Part shown: positions 23,599 through 36,048 of the stretch, one piece after another
Numbering within the stretch: position 1 is the first letter of the stretch
Layout of the letters: every line of letters begins with the position of its first letter
Source: Eledone cirrhosa
Taxonomy: Eukaryota
Length of the DNA stretch: 64,000 nucleotides
Assembly (NCBI GenBank): GCA_964016885.1
Contig: OZ024741.1
Coordinates: 377,332,001-377,396,000, forward strand
Direction: 5' to 3'
Program-made: the position numbers and the translations under genes
The notes under the pieces: model-generated
The model's input: only the letters and a program-made list of their open reading frames with translations
What the model was told of the DNA's origin: nothing
The model's database searches: none

Positions 23599-25656
23599 AT
23601 GGAAGCCATTAACACAGGTAACGATGACACGCCCACTAAACAAACTGAATGAGAGCTGGTAGCTGAGGCAACAAGCCACCCTACTGAAAGAATAATGACT
23701 ATTAGAAACATTGAAAAAATGGAACCTAACCCTAATGAAAAAAATGTGAAAAAAATTAACTCGGAGAAATTGCCAAAATTAATTGATGCCGTTTCGACTT
23801 TTCACGGCGCCACGCCCACCAGCAAAGGTGAAAGAGAAGTAGTAGCTGTGACTAGAAGTCTCTCGGATAATGAAAATATAAGTGAAGATTTTGAAAAAAC
23901 GAAGTCTAACCCCAAAGGGAAAAAAAATGTGAACGAATACACCAACATAAATAACACAAACACAACAAAAACAACTTTCGCCCAGACAACAAAAAAATCA
24001 ATCACATATACACCTATTGACTTAACTGCCGACAGAGAGAAACTGGCAGAAGCAAAAAAGCACATAGTCTTGGGGGAGAACGGAATGCTTTCCATTAACC
24101 CCCCCCCCACCAGAATTCAAGAAAACGAGAAAAGAAAACACTGTTCTGTTTAGAACAGTCCTAAACAACACAAGAAAGCCAGCACAGCCCAGCTAAACGG
24201 AGATAGAGTTGGTCCTAAAAGACCATATGAAGAATATTCTCTTCATACGAAAGGACCGACTCTATGGCAGTATTTCTGTTTTAACAAAAGACAAAGAAAC
24301 AGCACAGAGGCTTTCCCTAAGCCCACTCACATAAACAGCATACAGTTTCTATCCCTCCTCCATGGGTGGAAGAACTCAGAGAATCAAAATACAGACAATG
24401 CTGCCCACAATGGACTTCTGGTGGGCTATTGCTCGCTTCATAGACATGGGCGAGGACACAGTGCTGTCAATGAGGAAGGCATCTGGAGATGCGTTCCTGG
24501 GAATAGGCCTAGACCTACTAGTACTAATGAGGCCCGAAAGAATAGCGCAAATCCCTGATCGCATCTGGCTGGATGACCTCACCCCAATATATATAATTGT
24601 AGAGGGTAGAAGACCAGCATGCTATTCATGCATGGAAAGGGGACACGTTAAGGCTAACTGCCCGAATCGTATCCCCCAAAAAGGACTATTGCCCACACCC
24701 ACCACAAACAGTACACCAACACCACCCACCTCCAAAAATACACTAACACCACCAACACACACAGCAAACAAAATACAGACACCACCAACCACAAGCACAA
24801 CACAAACATCACCACCACCAGCACCAAACACAAGCACGACACAAAAATCACCACCACCATCACCAACCACAAGCACAACACAAACATCACCACCACCATC
24901 ACCAACCACAAGCACGACACAAACATCACCACCACCACCACAAAACACATTCCAAACAAACAATAAAAATAAAACAGCAACAATTCTACCGCTCCCGCAA
25001 AAAAACAACCAGACACCACGTCCCTCCCACCTAGCGCTGAAGAGTTTCCCCCAACTTCTGAAGAAGAAGGAGGAGAAGCCTTCAGACAAGTTAAAAGGAA
25101 AAAACGAAAGCACACACCCAGCACACCACAACAACAAATAACCCACATACAAACACCAACTCCAACCAAAAACACCCCACCCTCGACAAACAAAAATAAA
25201 TCTGCGGCTCCCCCCTTCGAAACATTGACAGCATCACAAAAAAAGACTTTACAATACACATATATAAATAAAGAAAACAAAAAAACTGTTTAAATTAAAA
25301 AACAATAGCCCTTTGGTGCAGACCGAAGGGCCAAACTTTATCTCAACAGAGAACTTCACTCATTTGAAAATGATAAAGGTCCCTCTGGACCTTTATCGTT
25401 CCTTAAAAGAACAATTTAAACAGGACGTGAGCCCCCCTGTTTAAAACCGTTAAATCACGTCCACTTGAATGATTTCCCCATAACCTCCCCTCTCCCCGAC
25501 ACAACACCAAATACCCCAACGCCACCACACTCGGATACCCCCACCCCACTACAAAACATCCCTCCACCCAACACACCCCACCCCATGGAAATTACACAAC
25601 CCGGAGAGGTAGGTGCTTTTCTCTCTTCACTTTCAATACCAAAACAGATCAATTGA
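23599..25656 (+). pseudogene. Tx1-B ORF1 (zinc knuckle plus Pro/Thr-rich region), disrupted
   Basis: CYSCMERGHVKANC (CX2CX4HX4C) in ORF 24362-25141. The ATG at 23599 is in frame with ORF 23695-24153 across one TGA. Confidence 0.8.
24770..24940 (+). repeat. 39-bp coding tandem repeat (TSPPPSPTTSTTQ), about 4 copies
   Basis: Repeated CCACCACCATCACCAACCACAAGCACAACACAAACATCA units. Confidence 0.85.
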
Positions 25657-28600
25657 AAGTTGGTTGTTTGAATGCGCGTTGCCTGGGCTCAGCTTGGAAG
25701 CAAGCAAAGCTTCTAAGTGACCTCAGGTCACGAAGTATAGATGTGATGGTTGTTTGCGAGAGTCGGATCAGCAGCGTGCGACAGCTGGCTCCCGCCTTCG
25801 GTGACTTTGAGATGCACGCATCTCTCTGTCAACCCGGAGGTGGGGGTGGGATTGCCGTACTGCTGGATAAACGTCTGGCTCTCGACGTACAGATCGTTCA
25901 CTCGGACCCGAGGGGTCGATTGCTGGTGCTGGACGTCGGAGGCAGTGAAGGCGAGGCTTTCAGACTGGTCGGTTTGTATGCCCCCTTCGGGCCTGAAAGA
26001 GCCGACTTCTTCCAGCGTCTGGAGACTTTTCTAGGAACGTCGCGTTCACTGCTTTTAGTGGGGGACTGGAATGGAATCCTAGATGCGCGTTGGGACTATG
26101 CAGGGGCATGTCCCGATAGAGAGGGGTGTAGCAGCCTCAAGGGGTTACTCGATCGATTCGACCTGGTCGATAGATTTCGACTAGATTTTCCAACTGTGCT
26201 AACCTGGACTTGGGCAAACCGCACTGGTCAATCTAGATCGTACCTAGAATTGCTCATGGTTGGCTATTCAGATCACAAATGAGTGACCTGCGTGGTCAAC
26301 CTAGATAGAACGCCTAGACAGGGTCCCGGTTACTTGAAGATGAACTTGTCCTTGCCGGCAAAGGAAGCTTACAGGAACCGGATTAGTAGCTTAGTTAAGA
26401 TGCGGTTGACGGGAGCGATTGTCAACAGCAGGTGGTGGGTATCTCTAAAGAGAGAGATTAGAGTAAGTTCGATAGGTTACAGTAAGGATCTAGCGGCGAA
26501 TAGAAATAGGAGGGAAAAGGAGTTGACAGATAGACTAGAAGAGGCGATTAGGAGCGGAGACGTGGCCAGAGTGTTAGAGTCGAGAACGGCGTTGAGCCAG
26601 TTCTTTGACGCGAAGCACGAAGGCTGCGTTGTCCGAAGTAAAATACGTGCTTTAGGAAAGGAGGGGACCAAAGCTGTTAGCTGGGCCCACGTGACAGAAG
26701 CCAAGCGTGGGATTAAATCCACCATTCGGTCTTTGCGAGACCAGGATGGACGGGTGATCCTTGAACCTGAGCGGCCTTTCAAAGGCACTTTGCTCGACTG
26801 TTGGGAGGGGGCGGGGGGGCCCGGACGGGGATGTGGACTTCGGTCCATACCTCGACGGTCTACCGCGTCTTTCGAGCGGCGAAGCGGAGTGCTGCGAAAG
26901 GCCAATCACAGCCACTGAAATCGGGGAAGCGCTCAGCCAATGCAGCAGACGCAAATCTCCGGGTCTCGATGGTCTACCATACGAACTTTATTTAGCTATG
27001 CCGGTCTTGTTCTCCGAACTCCTCGAGTCTGTCTATTGCAACTGGCAACAGAACGGGAGAAGTCCCTGTTCTGTGACCAAGGGCGTAGTCACGCTAGTGA
27101 GGAAGGACGAGAGCAAGGGGGACGACATAAGTAACTTTAGGCCCATAACTCTGCTGAATGCAGAGTTACATATTTTAGTCAAGGTGTTAGCGAAGAGTTT
27201 GGCGCTTATGGTGGGTGGTTTGGTGGGAAACGCGCAGACGTGCGCTATCCCGTCCCGGTCCATTCAGGACAACCTCCACCTCATGCGATACATCGTAGAG
27301 AGGGTTGGGAACGAACCCGGCTTTGGTGGGGCCCTGATCAACTTGGATTAATCTAAGGCGTTCGATAGGATCGACCATGGTTACCTGGATGCGGTGCTAG
27401 CGGCGGCGGGCTTCGGACCCGTTTTCAGGGGCTGGATTTCTGCCATGCACAGTGGTAACGTCTGCTCTAGGGTTAAAGTAAACGGCTACCTCTCGGAGTC
27501 GTTTCAAATCACCCGGTCCATCAGGCTCTCGAGCCACTGCTGCGGAAGTTGGAGTTGCTGCGGGGCATACCCCTGGAACCGGGATTGCACAAAGCGGTCT
27601 CGGCCTATGCCGACGGCGTAACAGTAATGGTGGCGGACGCCTCGGAAATCGGGGCGATCGCCACCCTACTGGAGGAATACGAAAGGCTGACGGGGCTAGG
27701 CTGAACCGGGACAAGTCAGTCGGTTTGCAACTCGGAACGTGGAGGGGCAGACTGATGCCGTTAGACGGTGTCGTCGGACGGTGGACGGAGGGCCCGGTGA
27801 AGCTGCTCGGGGTCTGGTTCGGACCGGATCTCCAGGTGGAGAAGATTTAGGGCGAGGTGACGAGCAGGGTGTTTGCGCTGACCCAGAAGTGGGCCAAGTG
27901 CAAACTATCACTGAAAGGTCGGGCGGAGGTGGCGAATGCTTACATAGCGTCCGTCATCTACTACCGCCTGACCGTCGTGCCTTGCCCTAAGGAAACGCTC
28001 ACCATCATGGAGCGTATGCTATTCCAGTTCCTCTGGAAGAAGCGGCCTCCCATGGTGAGGAGATCCATCTGCTGCCAGCACCCTTCGAAAGGAGGGCTGG
28101 GTATGCCCTGGCTGTTGATGCGTAGGCACGCATTGAGGCTACGGCATCTACAGGTATTCCTCACCGGTCAGCCGGTGCGGACCCCGTTTGTGAGGTGAGC
28201 CTTCCCACAGCTCGTCTCGCTCACGGAGCTGCAATCCTGGGTGAAGCAATGACCGAGAAAACTGGGCAACTGGCACACCGAGTGTGCCCAGGCGCTCACG
28301 GCTCTCTGGCAAGCGGACCCGACTATCAGTGGGGAATCCACCTCGACATTCTATAGAGGGGTGGTGGCTAGCAGGGGCGACGACACCCTTGGAGAGTCGC
28401 TAGGCATGGAGGAAGACGAACTGGCCAGCTTGTTCGGTAGAACTTTCGGCCCGGGACCCATGGACAACTTCCAGAGGTCCCTAGCCTGGCTGTGCTACCG
28501 GGGGGCTCTGCCCGTTCGAGAAAAGCTCTACAGACACGGGCGCCCGGGCAAGGATCCCGCGAAAATGATCTGTCCCAGATGCGTGCACGACGAGGAAACC

Positions 28601-28987
28601 GTTGCGCACGCACTGGTACACTGCCCGGGCGTTGCCGATCTGTGGGGCTACGTCGAACGACTGCTGTCGCGTGTGGCGCCGATTCGATTGGCCGCCGAAT
28701 CCGTGGTGAACATCAAGCCGCCTCCTCTCTTCAGAAATGAAGCAGAGGCGGTTTTTCTGTGCGTAATAACCATGATGAAAGAGGTTGTGTGGTGGACGCG
28801 CCTGAAAGGTCTGAGGTCGGGTGACTTTCTCTCCGGCCAACACCTGGTTTACTTCTTCCGATACCACTTCGGAAGAAGGATCAGGATGGAGAGAGAAGTG
28901 CTTGGCCCCAGACAGTTTTATGAAAGGTGGGTGAAAGAGGCGAGAATGGCTCGTGTGAATGGGCCTTCTCTCTACATTGTTCTGTAG
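25653..28987 (+). pseudogene. Tx1-B ORF2 (APE, RT, zinc finger) with multiple stops and frameshifts
   Basis: Motifs CLNARCL, GLYAP, GDWN, SDHK, KSPGLDGL, NFRPITLLN, LD*SKAFDRIDH, YADG, CPRC..ETVAHALVHC. Confidence 0.92.
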
Positions 28988-29342
28988 GTGAAGAAGGGAA
29001 GAGGAAAGGGGAGCGCCTCCTCTCTTGGCTTCCCCCGGGAAAAGGGTTGCACACTTTTCGGGGGTATGTGCAATCCCCAACACGCCCCCTCCCTTTTGAG
29101 GACTTTTTTATTATTATATTATTCTTATTGTTATTTCTTTTTTTCTTTACTCGCATTTATGTAAACTCTCCCCTGTGTATTTGTCCCCTTCTGTGCCCTC
29201 GTGGCAAATAAATAGAAATCTATCTACCTATCTATCTAACTGTATATATATATATATATATATTTATATGAAGAGAGATAGAGAGAGAGAGTGAGAGAGA
29301 TGTATACCCCCCGAAAAACACACACACAACACACACACACAC

Positions 29343-29390
<48 letters not shown>

Positions 29391-29396
<6 letters not shown>

Positions 29397-29610
29397 ATAC
29401 CTGGGGAGGGTCATATTGTTGTACTAATATTGCCAGAAATAGTTGTTTCTACTTTAGGCACAAGGCCACCAATTATCCCAGGATGAAAGGCAAAGTGAAG
29501 CAGCGAGATTTGAACTCAGACCATCAAGGGCCGTAACTCTATGCGGCGAAATAATAAAAGAACACACTCACTGTTTGGTTGGTTTTCGCTTCTGCATCTT
29601 TTATATCTCC
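29391..29610 (-). mobile_element. PLE2-family pLTR fragment ending in (TA)n, interrupted by an internally deleted SINE (29441-29544, minus strand)
   Basis: TTGTTATACCTGGGGAGGGTCATATT and AGAACACACTCACTGTTTGGTTGGTTTTCGC match 44961-45068. Confidence 0.8.
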
Positions 29611-29684
29611 ATAGTTAATTTATTTGGCAAAATATATATACGTGAAAAGTAAACGGGAACAACAAAACAAACAATGCAGTACAA

Positions 29685-30657
29685 TCTATATATATGAAAC
29701 TGTGGTTGTCTGTCTGTCTATCGATTTTTGGCACATATCTCCTCTTAGAATCTCTGACGGAATTGCACCGAAATTGCTATACTTGTACATTGAGCCCTAG
29801 CGAAGACATCGGAAAAAGAAAATTTCAAATTGACCCACCCTATGTGACCTATCGAATATAATGTATCGATTTTTGAGCGTAAGTTATCAGTTATTTCCCT
29901 TTGTTCTGTTTACATTGAGCATCTTACGTAAACAATTACGCTGGCTTTCTCAGCGTTTAAAATGACATTAACACAATACACGAACAGTTGTCGAGCCAGC
30001 AAAATATTGACCTGCAAAATTCATCAGTTCGAACACTAAGCTTCCGTTTTGCTTCATTTCCATTTAAAAGCATTTTAAAACAATATTTTTTACTTGAAAA
30101 CAAGTCTATTTAAAGACTACGTAAAACAAGCAAATATTTCGTAAAAAAAAGCAAAAATTATATAAGTTTATTTAAAATATATGTATCTGTAAATCTCGTT
30201 AGGCGTGCAGATAGACAGTCGTGCAGACAGACAGTCGTGCAGAGAGGTGATATACGCGTGCAGACAGATAGTCGTGCAGAGAGGTGATATAGGCGTGCAG
30301 AGAGACAGTCGTGCAGAGAGGTGATATAGGCGTGCAGACAGACAGTCGTGCAGAGAGGTGATATAGGCGTGCAGACAGACATAACTTATAATTTGGTTAC
30401 GCTAATGTTTTTCTCTGCGTTGCAATGTTTACATTTTCGATCTTTGTTAATAAATAACCAGTGCAGTTTTTATCCCCAGCATCCTCTTTTGTTATAACAT
30501 TCGGGTTATCGTTATGTTTTCTTAACTTCATAAGGCAAACACCACATGCAAGTCTGCACAGTAGACACTACAGTTTTTAAGCCAATAAAGAAACTTAACA
30601 TTGTAACTTTAACACAGCTACTGAGCGACCCCGAGCAACGCCGGGCTTTACTGCTAG
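29685..30657 (+). mobile_element. Non-autonomous Helitron
   Basis: 5' end A|TCTATATATAT. The 3' hairpin CCCGAGCAACGCCGGG (30630-30645) lies 8 nt before CTAG|T. Inserted between A and T with no TSD. Confidence 0.85.
30201..30380. repeat. 37-bp minisatellite inside the Helitron
   Basis: Unit AGGCGTGCAGACAGACAGTCGTGCAGAGAGGTGATAT, built from CGTGCAGA sub-repeats. Confidence 0.9.
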
Positions 30658-31314
30658 TTAATAAATATATTAGTGGTAAATAGGTTTTCTTGCTATAGTA
30701 GGTAAATAGGCTTTATGTTTGGCACACGAGTACATCATCAGTATATCTAATGGGAAATAGGAGAAGAAATAGGCACTCACATGCATGTGTCTCGGTCACT
30801 CCGACGGTTTACTTTCGGCACCCTCTACCTAATAAAATATGCCTCTACTATTCTTAAGTTAATTGTATCACTTTGTTCGACATGCGTATTTTTTTTTAAT
30901 TTTCATCCCATATGTGATTTGGAGACATGGAAACACCTATACACACACTCCAACGGGAAATGGACTTACCAAGCCAAGAATAATATAGAATAGTATAGCC
31001 TGGTGAAGGATTATAATCCATATATGCTCCCTACAGGTTAACAGGAGTAACCTAGAAGCAAAACTTGGAGATGTACACACGTGACCTTTCCTTTAACGGT
31101 AACTATACTAACACTAATTGTAATACTAATCCTAACTTTAACCCTAACCATAATCGTTTATTGTATTTTATTATATTCTAGCTCTCAGTTACCTATAGCT
31201 TAATTTTCTTACTTTTCCTTGAACAACCCGCACTACGAAAGGAAACTATACTACCCACTATATCACTATATCACTATACTCAAAAAACATTTGTCTGGAA
31301 TACGCCAACGCATT

Positions 31315-31518
<204 letters not shown>

Positions 31519-33004
31519 ATTTTGATTTAATCTTCTTAAATATCAAGGCTTTAAATATTTGCTGACTGCAAAAGTTTGCATTAGAATTTTATCAAAACTA
31601 GGCTCTTCCACCCTTTTCAATATTCGATTTCTGTTCAAATGGTTCTAGCATTGATATTAAGATTAAAAAATCAAAGTACTATTTTGACATTATATACTAG
31701 TTTTAAGGAAATTTCATTACAATTAGTTTTATGTGTGTTTAAGTTATATATATTATTTCATAATTACATCTGGTATGTTTAGCTGCACTTTCTAATAATG
31801 TATGTTAACAATGATCACGTCGATTTCTGCACATTGCATTTATTTATGTAGTTCTAACGTTGAATTCGTATACAAAACTATTATGGCAGCATATTTTACG
31901 ATAAAAAATATATTTAAATCTAACATACAAATATTTATAAAATAAGGACGCTATAATTCACGTTAATTACAACAGATCACACCATTAGATTCAAGATCTC
32001 ACACTTGAATAATGACATTTTTTGTTTATGTTACTCATTTGGTAACGTAATACATCTGTTATGGACTTTAGTGTCATGCAGTAATGGTTTCGAAATAGGC
32101 AAGCCACAGATACTATCTCGATTTTGTTATGTCACAGAATTTGAAATAAATTTCAATTTGTGTAGCCGTTTAAATTTCATGAAATAGCAACAAAACCTCC
32201 ATCAAATCGCTCAACAGTGTCTCATAAATAGGATTGACACATTGTATAAAATAGCTCTATTTAACTTTAATCATATGTCTACTCGGGCATAGTTGATCTG
32301 GAGTTAGCCAACAGAGGTTTTAACAAGGACAGCAGGAGAGTACACTGTGACATAACAAGATACATTATGACATATGTTAGTTGGCATTAAGCGTCATGTA
32401 ATCCAGTATTTCTTAATGCAACATTTTTTTCCGCAATACAATGATGTTCAGAATATGAAATTTATGTGTCTCATATAATGGTTGAACAAAATACTTGAAT
32501 AGGAATGTATTTCCTGCATATATTTCATGATAACATTTTACTTCAAGATAATTTTCAATGTCTCTATTAATGATATTCTACGTTATTGCGACTTAGACGA
32601 ATACATCGAATATTTGCATTTCTCATTTTAAATCTGTTTAAACCATGATTCTATTGATTTCTAATCCATATCTTCCACAGAGTAATGTCTTTCATGCACA
32701 TATATTGTGTAACCCAAACATGTAAAGTTGTTTTTATGAATTTATTTTACATTCAGCGATAATAATGGTAATATCATGCTGGACTAAATTTGAAATTTGT
32801 TGCAACGGTGTTTACGTTCAAATTCAGCTGGAGTTGGGATCTCAACTTATCAAGTTATTTGATAGATGAAATATATACACCATTTAATCGATACATATCA
32901 ATGTTACGAATCGTTTTATACGAACATACAAAGTAGATGTTATGAAATGAAATATGTTTACGGATAATAATACCCTGGGAATATATATATGTATATATAT
33001 ATAT

Positions 33005-33461
33005 TTCGTTTCTGAATTTGTTAAGCAAGATTCTTTATCTGAAATCGTGTGTTGAAACCGATATTGTTATACTTTGGGAGGGTCATGTTGCCAATAAGAA
33101 ACACACGCACCAGTTGCTTTCACTTCAATTTATTATAATAAATTTATAAATTTAGGAATTTATAAATGTCTGGTTGGTTGGTTGGTTCCACAACCAGATA
33201 GTTGTTTATATATTGTCAAAGTTCTTTCGTCACACATTCTGTGACCTCTTCAGTGACTTGGGATTCTTTTCTTTGTTTTTGTGGCTCTCCTTGACGTGTG
33301 ACGAAAGAACTTTGACAATATATAAACAACTATCTGGTTGTGGAACCAACCAACGAACCAGACATTTATAAATTCCTAAATTTATAAATTTATTATAATA
33401 AATTGAAGTGAAAGCAACTGGTGCGTGTGTTTCTTAAGGCAACATGACCCTCCCAAAGTAT

Positions 33462-33515
<54 letters not shown>

Positions 33516-33980
33516 TGTTATACTTTGGGAGGGTCATGTTGCCAATAACAAACACACGCACCAGTTGTTACTCCAATTTATTATAAATTAAATTATAAAT
33601 AAAAAACATTTTTTTATAAATTTCCAGTTGATTGGTTGGTTTCACAACCGGACGGTTGTTCATATATTGTCAAAGTTATTTTGTCACACATTCTGTGACC
33701 TCTTCAGCGACTGGGGATTCTTTTCTTTGTTCTGTCCTACGCCATATTCCATTTTTGACAATATATGAACAACCGTCCGGTTGTGGAACCAACCAACCAA
33801 CCAACCGGAAGTTTATATATATATTTTTTTTTTATTTATAATTTAATTTAGAATAAATTGGAGTGGAAGTCGGTGGTGCGTGTGTTTCCTATTGGCAACA
33901 TGACCCTCCCAAAGTATAACAATATCGGTTTCAACGCACGTTTTCAGATAAAGAATCTAGCTAAATAAATTCAGAAACGA
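33005..33980. mobile_element. Double palindrome built from the pLTR and ORF start of a PLE2-related family
   Basis: 33061-33235 is inverted at 33296-33470, 33512-33675 at ~33755-33925, and 33005-33060 at 33926-33980. (TA)n lies at the centre and both ends. It encodes MTLPKYNNIGFNTRFQIKNLA, homologous to PLE2 MTLPKYNNICFDTRFHIKNLA. Confidence 0.85.
33215..33257 (-). ncRNA. Candidate minimal hammerhead ribozyme variant
   Basis: GUCA-CUGAAGA-G-GUCAC-agaaugu-GUGAC-GAAA-G-aa-C-UU-UGAC. Stems I (GUCA/UGAC) and II are intact. A degenerate copy lies at 33669-33711. Confidence 0.65.
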
Positions 33981-34156
33981 TATATATATATATATAGTAA
34001 TAATAATAAATGTGAAGACTAAAATCCAAAGAGCGCTCGATAAGGATAAATATATTTGAAATATATCAGAACCCTAGAAAAGGACACAACGTCACGCAAC
34101 TCGATCATCTTCGATGTAAACTTGTGTTGGTAGTGAGTATATATATTGAATAATAA

Positions 34157-34187
<31 letters not shown>

Positions 34188-34194
34188 AATAATA

Positions 34195-34959
34195 AGACCT
34201 CAAAAAGGCTACGGAAGGAATGCTAATGGCTGCGCAGGAGCAGGCCCTCAAAACGAAGTGGTTGAAGCACCATATCTACAAGGAGGAGGCTAGCCCACTG
34301 TGCAGGATCTGTGGAGAGAGAGAGGAGACTGTGGCTCACATTGTGTCCGAGTGTAAACACCTAGCCCAGACCCATTATAAGGGCTGGAGACACGATGTGA
34401 TGGGCAGGGTGATCCACTGGCACCTGTGCAAAGTAAACAATCTACCACATTCTGAGAAATGGTATGAGCATAGGCCAGAGGCGGTGATGGAGAACAGTCA
34501 GGTGAAGGTGCTGTGGGATTTTAGGATACAGACGGACAAAAAACTGGAACACAATAGACCTGACCTGGTGGTTGTGGACAAAGAAAAAAGATCGTGCCTG
34601 ATTGTGGATGTGGCCTGCCCGTTCGACACGAGAGTGCAAGAGAAGGAGAGGGAGAAAATTAACCGATACCAGGACCTAAAGTGGGAGGTGAAAAGGATTT
34701 GGAACTGCCATGAAGTCAAAGTGATCCCGATTGTCATAGGCGCACTGGGGACTATCTCCAAAGGTTTCCAGGGATGGTTAAAGAAAATCGCCCCCTTCAC
34801 GCTTTTTGGAACGCTTCAAAAGGCATGCTTGCTTGGAACAGCAAGAACCCTCCGATACGTCCTGAATATCTGAGGCTGCAGGTAGTGGCTTGATATTCAA
34901 TCCAACGGACTTTCCAGTTAACCAACATCAATGACTGAGATTCAAGGAATAACAATAAC
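34195..34959 (+). mobile_element. R4/Dong-like family A, 5'-truncated ~760-bp copy in (TAA)n
   Basis: ORF 34220-34873 is nearly identical to the C-terminus of 2691-6080, with the same 3' UTR and (TAA)n on both sides. Confidence 0.95.
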
Positions 34960-34990
34960 AATAATAATAATAATAATGAAGGACAGTGGA

Positions 34991-35442
34991 TAATAATATT
35001 GAAGGACTTTCAAAAGAGGGTATGCCTGCTAATTGATATGTCTGTTCCAATAGACAAGAATGTATCTATAAAAACATTTGAAAAATTGAGCAAGTATAAG
35101 GACCTGGAGATAGAAATCGGAAACATGTGGATATTGAGAACTAAAACAATACCAGTGGTTGTAGGCGCTCTGGGAATGATACCTAAGGGGTCTAATGATT
35201 ACTTATCGCAAATACCAGGAAACCCGCGTATATGAGAAATACAAAATATAGTACTAATGGGAACTTCCCATATACTAAGGAAGATTCTGTCAATATAAGT
35301 ACATCACAAGTCTAAACACTAAATATGCATGTGTGAATATGTATGTTCTTTCTTGAACATGGCAGACCTTGTTGTCTCTTGAGAGCACTGGTTGTGACTT
35401 GATGATAACTCGTATGAACATAAAGCAAGATAAATGCAACTG
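34991..35442 (+). mobile_element. R4/Dong-like family B, 5'-truncated ~450-bp copy
   Basis: Reverse complement of ~6352-6800; followed by (TAA)n. Confidence 0.92.
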
Positions 35443-35458
35443 TAATAATAATAATAAT

Positions 35459-35649
35459 AATTGTTTCTACTGTTGGCACAAGGCCAGCAATTACCCCAGT
35501 GTATTACTGTTACTTTATTTTATCAACCCCGTAAGGATGAAAGGCAAAGTTCATCTCGGCGCTATTTGAACTCAGACCATAAAGGGCCGCAACTTTTGCT
35601 ATAAAGCATGACGTCCGACCCTCTACCGATAATGCAAATCCACCGCCCT
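35459..35649 (-). mobile_element. tRNA-derived SINE
   Basis: Full match to the SINE family, starting AGGGCGGTGGATT. Confidence 0.9.
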
Positions 35650-35664
35650 GTGGATAATAATAAT

Positions 35665-35846
35665 AATTGTTTCTACATTAGGCACAAGGCCAGCAATTAA
35701 CCAGTCTATTACTTGTACTTTATTTTATCGACGCCGTAAGGATGAAAGGCAATGTTAACCTCGGCGGGATTTTAACTCAGACTGTAAAGCGACGTAACTA
35801 TGCTAGAAAGCATGGCGTCTAACCCTCTACCGATACTGCCAATTCA
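35665..35846 (-). mobile_element. tRNA-derived SINE
   Basis: Match to the SINE family. Confidence 0.9.
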
Positions 35847-36048
35847 ATAATAATAAACACGGACGAGCTGTCTAATATTCATTACGCCATAATGCTAATA
35901 GACAATTTTGAACTTTTGTTTCCAGAGTCGGTCCCAATCGATAGAGATCGAAGCTTCAGTTGTATCAATCACTAAACGAGCGTCATACCTGAATAAACAT
36001 AATGAACATTTGACACCTCATCCATACTCATTATTATACTCAGTATCT

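Larger units (their letters stand above)
23392..29217 (+). mobile_element. Tx1/L1-clade LINE (Tx1-B), apparently full length but decayed, inserted in (CTAT)n
   Basis: 5' UTR, ORF1 with CCHC knuckle, ORF2 clearly homologous to Tx1-A, and a 3' end AAATAAATAGAA followed by (ATCT)n. Confidence 0.9.

Noticed and set aside
30201-30380. Regularly spaced repeats resembling a CRISPR array
   Set aside because: No unique spacers and no cas genes; it is a head-to-tail minisatellite inside a Helitron in eukaryotic DNA.
31100-31155. Telomere-like CCTAAC/CCCTAA sequence
   Set aside because: Only one or two exact units in a degenerate stretch, too little to call an interstitial telomere.
34977-34990. 13-nt non-repeat insert GAAGGACAGTGGA between TAA tracts
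   Set aside because: It partly repeats the adjacent Dong-B start (TGAAGGAC) and may be an abortive template jump, but is too short to interpret.
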